Shown piece after piece: positions 26,125 to 28,643 of a stretch of DNA of 28,643 nucleotides (position 1 is the stretch's first letter; each line of letters opens with the position of its first letter). This DNA is from a bacterium. GTDB lineage: Bacteria; Hinthialibacterota; Hinthialibacteria; Hinthialibacterales; Hinthialibacteraceae. The translations under genes were made by a program, and so were the position numbers. The stretch lies in assembly GCA_041946805.1 (NCBI GenBank), contig JBHGBC010000070.1:1-28643 (forward strand). Reading direction: 5' to 3'. Below the pieces are notes generated by a model that searched no databases, had not been told where the DNA came from, and saw nothing but the letters and a program-made list of their open reading frames with translations.

Positions 26125-28170
26125 TCACGGGGAAGCAACGGAATAGTATAATTTACCGGAAGTCAGGAACCGTTTATCCCCGCTGAAGGGGATCAAGACC
26201 ACCTGGAATTGATACACATGGCCGTTTTCCGGGCCGCCGGCGAACAGGGCGTTGGTGGAAAAATCTCCCCGTGAATTCCACAGGAAGTAAGGAATGGACC
26301 CGTTATAGGTTTGCCCCAGGAATTGATATGTACCGCCATCGATGCTGACCTGCACATGGTAGTCCCGGACACTCTCCGCGCCGACGCCGAAATTCCAGGC
26401 GATTTGGAGGGCCCGGGTGGCGGGGCGGTCTTCATCGAAACCGCTGAATTTGGCCGGCGCTAAGTCGTTCCCCCCCAGGATGTCGTCGTACAGCGAGATC
26501 TGGCCCGGTTGCAAGGAAGGATTTTCATATTGATCGATGGGGACCGCGTTGCCTCCCGCCATGTTATAGCCGACCGGCGCGGCCAAATCGAAGTAATCGT
26601 CCGGCCCCAGTTGGCCGTCGATGCGGATCACCCGGAAGTTGTACACGGAATTGAAATCGGGCCCCTGGGCGAAATCCCTCGCCAGATTGGGGGCTCCCGC
26701 GGCCCATTTCAGGAACGAGGCCGCGCCGCTGCCGCACCGGCCCAGGTATTTCATGCCCCCGATCCCCCGGCGGACATACACATGCCAATCCGTGGCGCCG
26801 CCTTGGTCCATGTCCCAGGCGATGGTGAGGTTGCGCTGGCCGGCGGCGTCGTACTTGGTGAATCCGGCCATATCAAACTCGGTCAATTTAGACAGGATGT
26901 CCGGCCGGGTCACGATGTCGTAATCGAGCACAAACACATGCTTGAGCCGGATGTGCGGATCGATGGTCGGCAAGGGCGTGGGCGTGGGGGTCGGCGAGGG
27001 GCCGGGCGTGTGCGTCCGCGTCGGGGTCATCGTGGGCGTGCGCGTCGGCGTCCGGGTGGGCGTCGGCGAGGGGAAGTTGGACGTCTTCAGCCCGGTATAG
27101 GTGGTATTGTTGTTTTCCCGGAACGATTCGCTGACCCATTCGCCCGAGTCGATGATGCATCCGATGTAATAATTCCGGTTGGGATACAGATCGTTGGGCA
27201 GGGAGACCGGCAGGGCGACGGTCCAGGGAGCGTAAAATACATTGAGATTGAAATTGTAGGTGGCCAGGAGGCGGTCCGACTTGCTGATAGCCCAGTCATC
27301 CGACAAGTAGAACTGTCCTTGCACCGTTTGATTGGTGCGGCCGTTGTTTTCATACGAGAATTCCACCTGGATGGCTTGCGCGTTATTGACATAATACGTC
27401 GGTTCGTAGGTGCTCCAGTCACGGCTGAGTTCCACGCCGTTTGCGTTGAAGACGCGGCAGCGGTCGTGCACGCTGTATTCCCCGCTGCTGCCCACCCATC
27501 GCCAGTGGACCACGCTCAGGTCTTCCTTGTACTGGCTGCGCGCGCCGTAGAGAAACATCAATCCTCCGCTGGCGTCCGGGCCCAAATAGGCTACCGCTTT
27601 GGTGTTTTCGGGATGGATATGGGTCCAATCCGTGCCCATGATGTTGTACCAGATGGCGTTGTGCGCGAGGCCGAAGGCATGGCCCAATTCATGCAGGAAA
27701 GTCGTTTGGAAGGGCCGGTAGGCTCCCCCGTAGGAATTGATCCCGCTTTTGTCCTCGAAGGGGGTCCAGGCGACATTCGCGTCGAAAAAGATGTCGGCCT
27801 CGGCCAGGCTCGAGCCGTAGCGCCGCCACTTGGTGACCGCCGGCGCCCCGCCGAGGACGTCTTGATTCGTGATGAAACACACTTCATTTTCCCCGTTGCC
27901 GATGGATATGCTCGTGTCATCGAAAGACAGGAGGACCTGGCAATTGCTGGGATTGTTGGCGTTGAAATCCATGATGAACAAATCCAGCGCGCTGCGGTAC
28001 GCGCTGTCCGGCAAAAAACTGTTATGGCCGGCGGACATCGGAATCACGGAACCATCCCATCGCACGGGATTGCCGTCCACAATATAGTAGTAAAATGAAA
28101 AGGCCGGGGAGGGCGCAAAGCAAAACCCACATAGAAACGCGAAAAGGGGCGAATATTTCAATATCTTCAT
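26125..28170 (-). CDS. Secreted metzincin (matrixin/M10-like) metalloprotease with CARDB-like domain, Pro/Thr linker and duplicated C-terminal domain
   Basis: Signal peptide from MKILK (GGAAAGG RBS). EADIFFD, HELGHAFGLAH and Met-turn NIMG. FYLS.D...YYIG.IID...V.ES..ENN. PT linker and two related C-terminal repeats. Confidence 0.88.
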   Translation of the reverse strand: MKILKYSPLFAFLCGFCFAPSPAFSFYYYIVDGNPVRWDGSVIPMSAGHNSFLPDSAYRSALDLFIMDFNANNPSNCQVLLSFDDTSISIGNGENEVCFITNQDVLGGAPAVTKWRRYGSSLAEADIFFDANVAWTPFEDKSGINSYGGAYRPFQTTFLHELGHAFGLAHNAIWYNIMGTDWTHIHPENTKAVAYLGPDASGGLMFLYGARSQYKEDLSVVHWRWVGSSGEYSVHDRCRVFNANGVELSRDWSTYEPTYYVNNAQAIQVEFSYENNGRTNQTVQGQFYLSDDWAISKSDRLLATYNFNLNVFYAPWTVALPVSLPNDLYPNRNYYIGCIIDSGEWVSESFRENNNTTYTGLKTSNFPSPTPTRTPTRTPTMTPTRTHTPGPSPTPTPTPLPTIDPHIRLKHVFVLDYDIVTRPDILSKLTEFDMAGFTKYDAAGQRNLTIAWDMDQGGATDWHVYVRRGIGGMKYLGRCGSGAASFLKWAAGAPNLARDFAQGPDFNSVYNFRVIRIDGQLGPDDYFDLAAPVGYNMAGGNAVPIDQYENPSLQPGQISLYDDILGGNDLAPAKFSGFDEDRPATRALQIAWNFGVGAESVRDYHVQVSIDGGTYQFLGQTYNGSIPYFLWNSRGDFSTNALFAGGPENGHVYQFQVVLIPFSGDKRFLTSGKLYYSVASP
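26972..27072 (-). repeat. Low-complexity Pro/Thr linker-coding repeat
   Basis: Encodes PSPTPTRTPTRTPTMTPTRTHTPGPSPTPTPTPLP. Confidence 0.85.
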
Positions 28171-28264
28171 GATGGCGTTTCCTTTCCGGAATATGGACAT
28201 CACGATCAAGGGTAACGGTTTATCCGATTGCAGAGACAGGATGAAGTTCGCCCTTACAGGGCTT

Positions 28265-28363
28265 CCCTAACCCTCTCCCAGGGGGAGAGGGGATCAATTA
28301 CTATCGTTTTATCTTTCCCAGGGCTTACGCCCGGGGCTACACTCATTCCGCGCCGTTGGCGCT
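28265..28363. repeat. Cluster of REP-like extragenic palindromes
   Basis: CCCTCTCCC-agg-GGGAGAGGG (28271-28291), CCCAGGGC-ttac-GCCCGGGG (28317-28336) and GCGCC-gtt-GGCGC (28350-28362). Confidence 0.6.
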
Positions 28364-28406
28364 CGAAAGCTGTTCCGCCAACCGGTAAATCGTGACTATC
28401 AAGGCT

Positions 28407-28643
28407 CTATCGCGCCGGCGGCGCGGGCGTGGCTTCCTGCATGACGTGGGCCTGGAAAGGTTGATTGACATCCTGGCTGGGCACCTCCACCAATCCGCGG
28501 AGTTCCTCCTGGGTATGCAGTTCGTTCACCATGGTCTGCAGATGCGAGAGATAGCGGGCGGCATCCAGCACGGCGCCGGCGGGGATTGGCGCGGCCGGCG
28601 GGGTTTCATAGGGTGACTGGTTGGAAGCGGCGGTTTGGATTTC
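28407..28643 (-). CDS. 3' end of a hypothetical protein (partial)
   Basis: Minus frame open from the window edge with GC-rich third positions: EIQTAASNQSPYETPPAAP...QEATPAPPAR*, TAG at 28409-28407. Not in the ORF track. Confidence 0.65.
   Translation of the reverse strand, partial: EIQTAASNQSPYETPPAAPIPAGAVLDAARYLSHLQTMVNELHTQEELRGLVEVPSQDVNQPFQAHVMQEATPAPPAR

Noticed and set aside
26972..27072. Short tandem DNA repeats resembling a repeat array or CRISPR
   Set aside because: They encode the in-frame Pro/Thr linker. There are no constant repeats with unique spacers and no cas genes.
28392..28616. 74-aa plus-strand ORF
   Set aside because: Antisense to the better-supported minus-strand partial CDS ending at 28407.

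Overview
GC-rich bacterial chromosomal window from a diderm, judged by the Tat/Sec signal peptides, the O-antigen-ligase-like protein and CtpA. It holds about 20 genes: a TagA/WecB glycosyltransferase fused to a catalytically incomplete WcaJ-like module, a FemAB-like GNAT, a 1028-aa secreted-looking dikinase-like protein, an internally deleted IS1380-family element, an RNase Z-like MBL hydrolase, a DUF4159 / histidine kinase / O-antigen ligase-TPR / CtpA / KynB-like cluster, a DapA-family lyase, a secreted repeat protein, a Tat-exported GH109, a frameshifted BrnT/BrnA-like toxin-antitoxin pair, a DUF1998 helicase behind a sigma70 promoter with a GAAC-N4-GTTC SOS box, a secreted double-LamG protein, a stomatin-like protein, a secreted metzincin with a duplicated C-terminal domain, REP-like palindromes and a partial gene. 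The most striking signal is that three unrelated signal-peptide proteins end in the same 9-residue motif ([TV]-[AS]-V-x-x-W-x-[FLM]-[YF]-stop), which suggests a lineage-specific C-terminal protein sorting or secretion signal. All family assignments come from motif recognition, not database searches.
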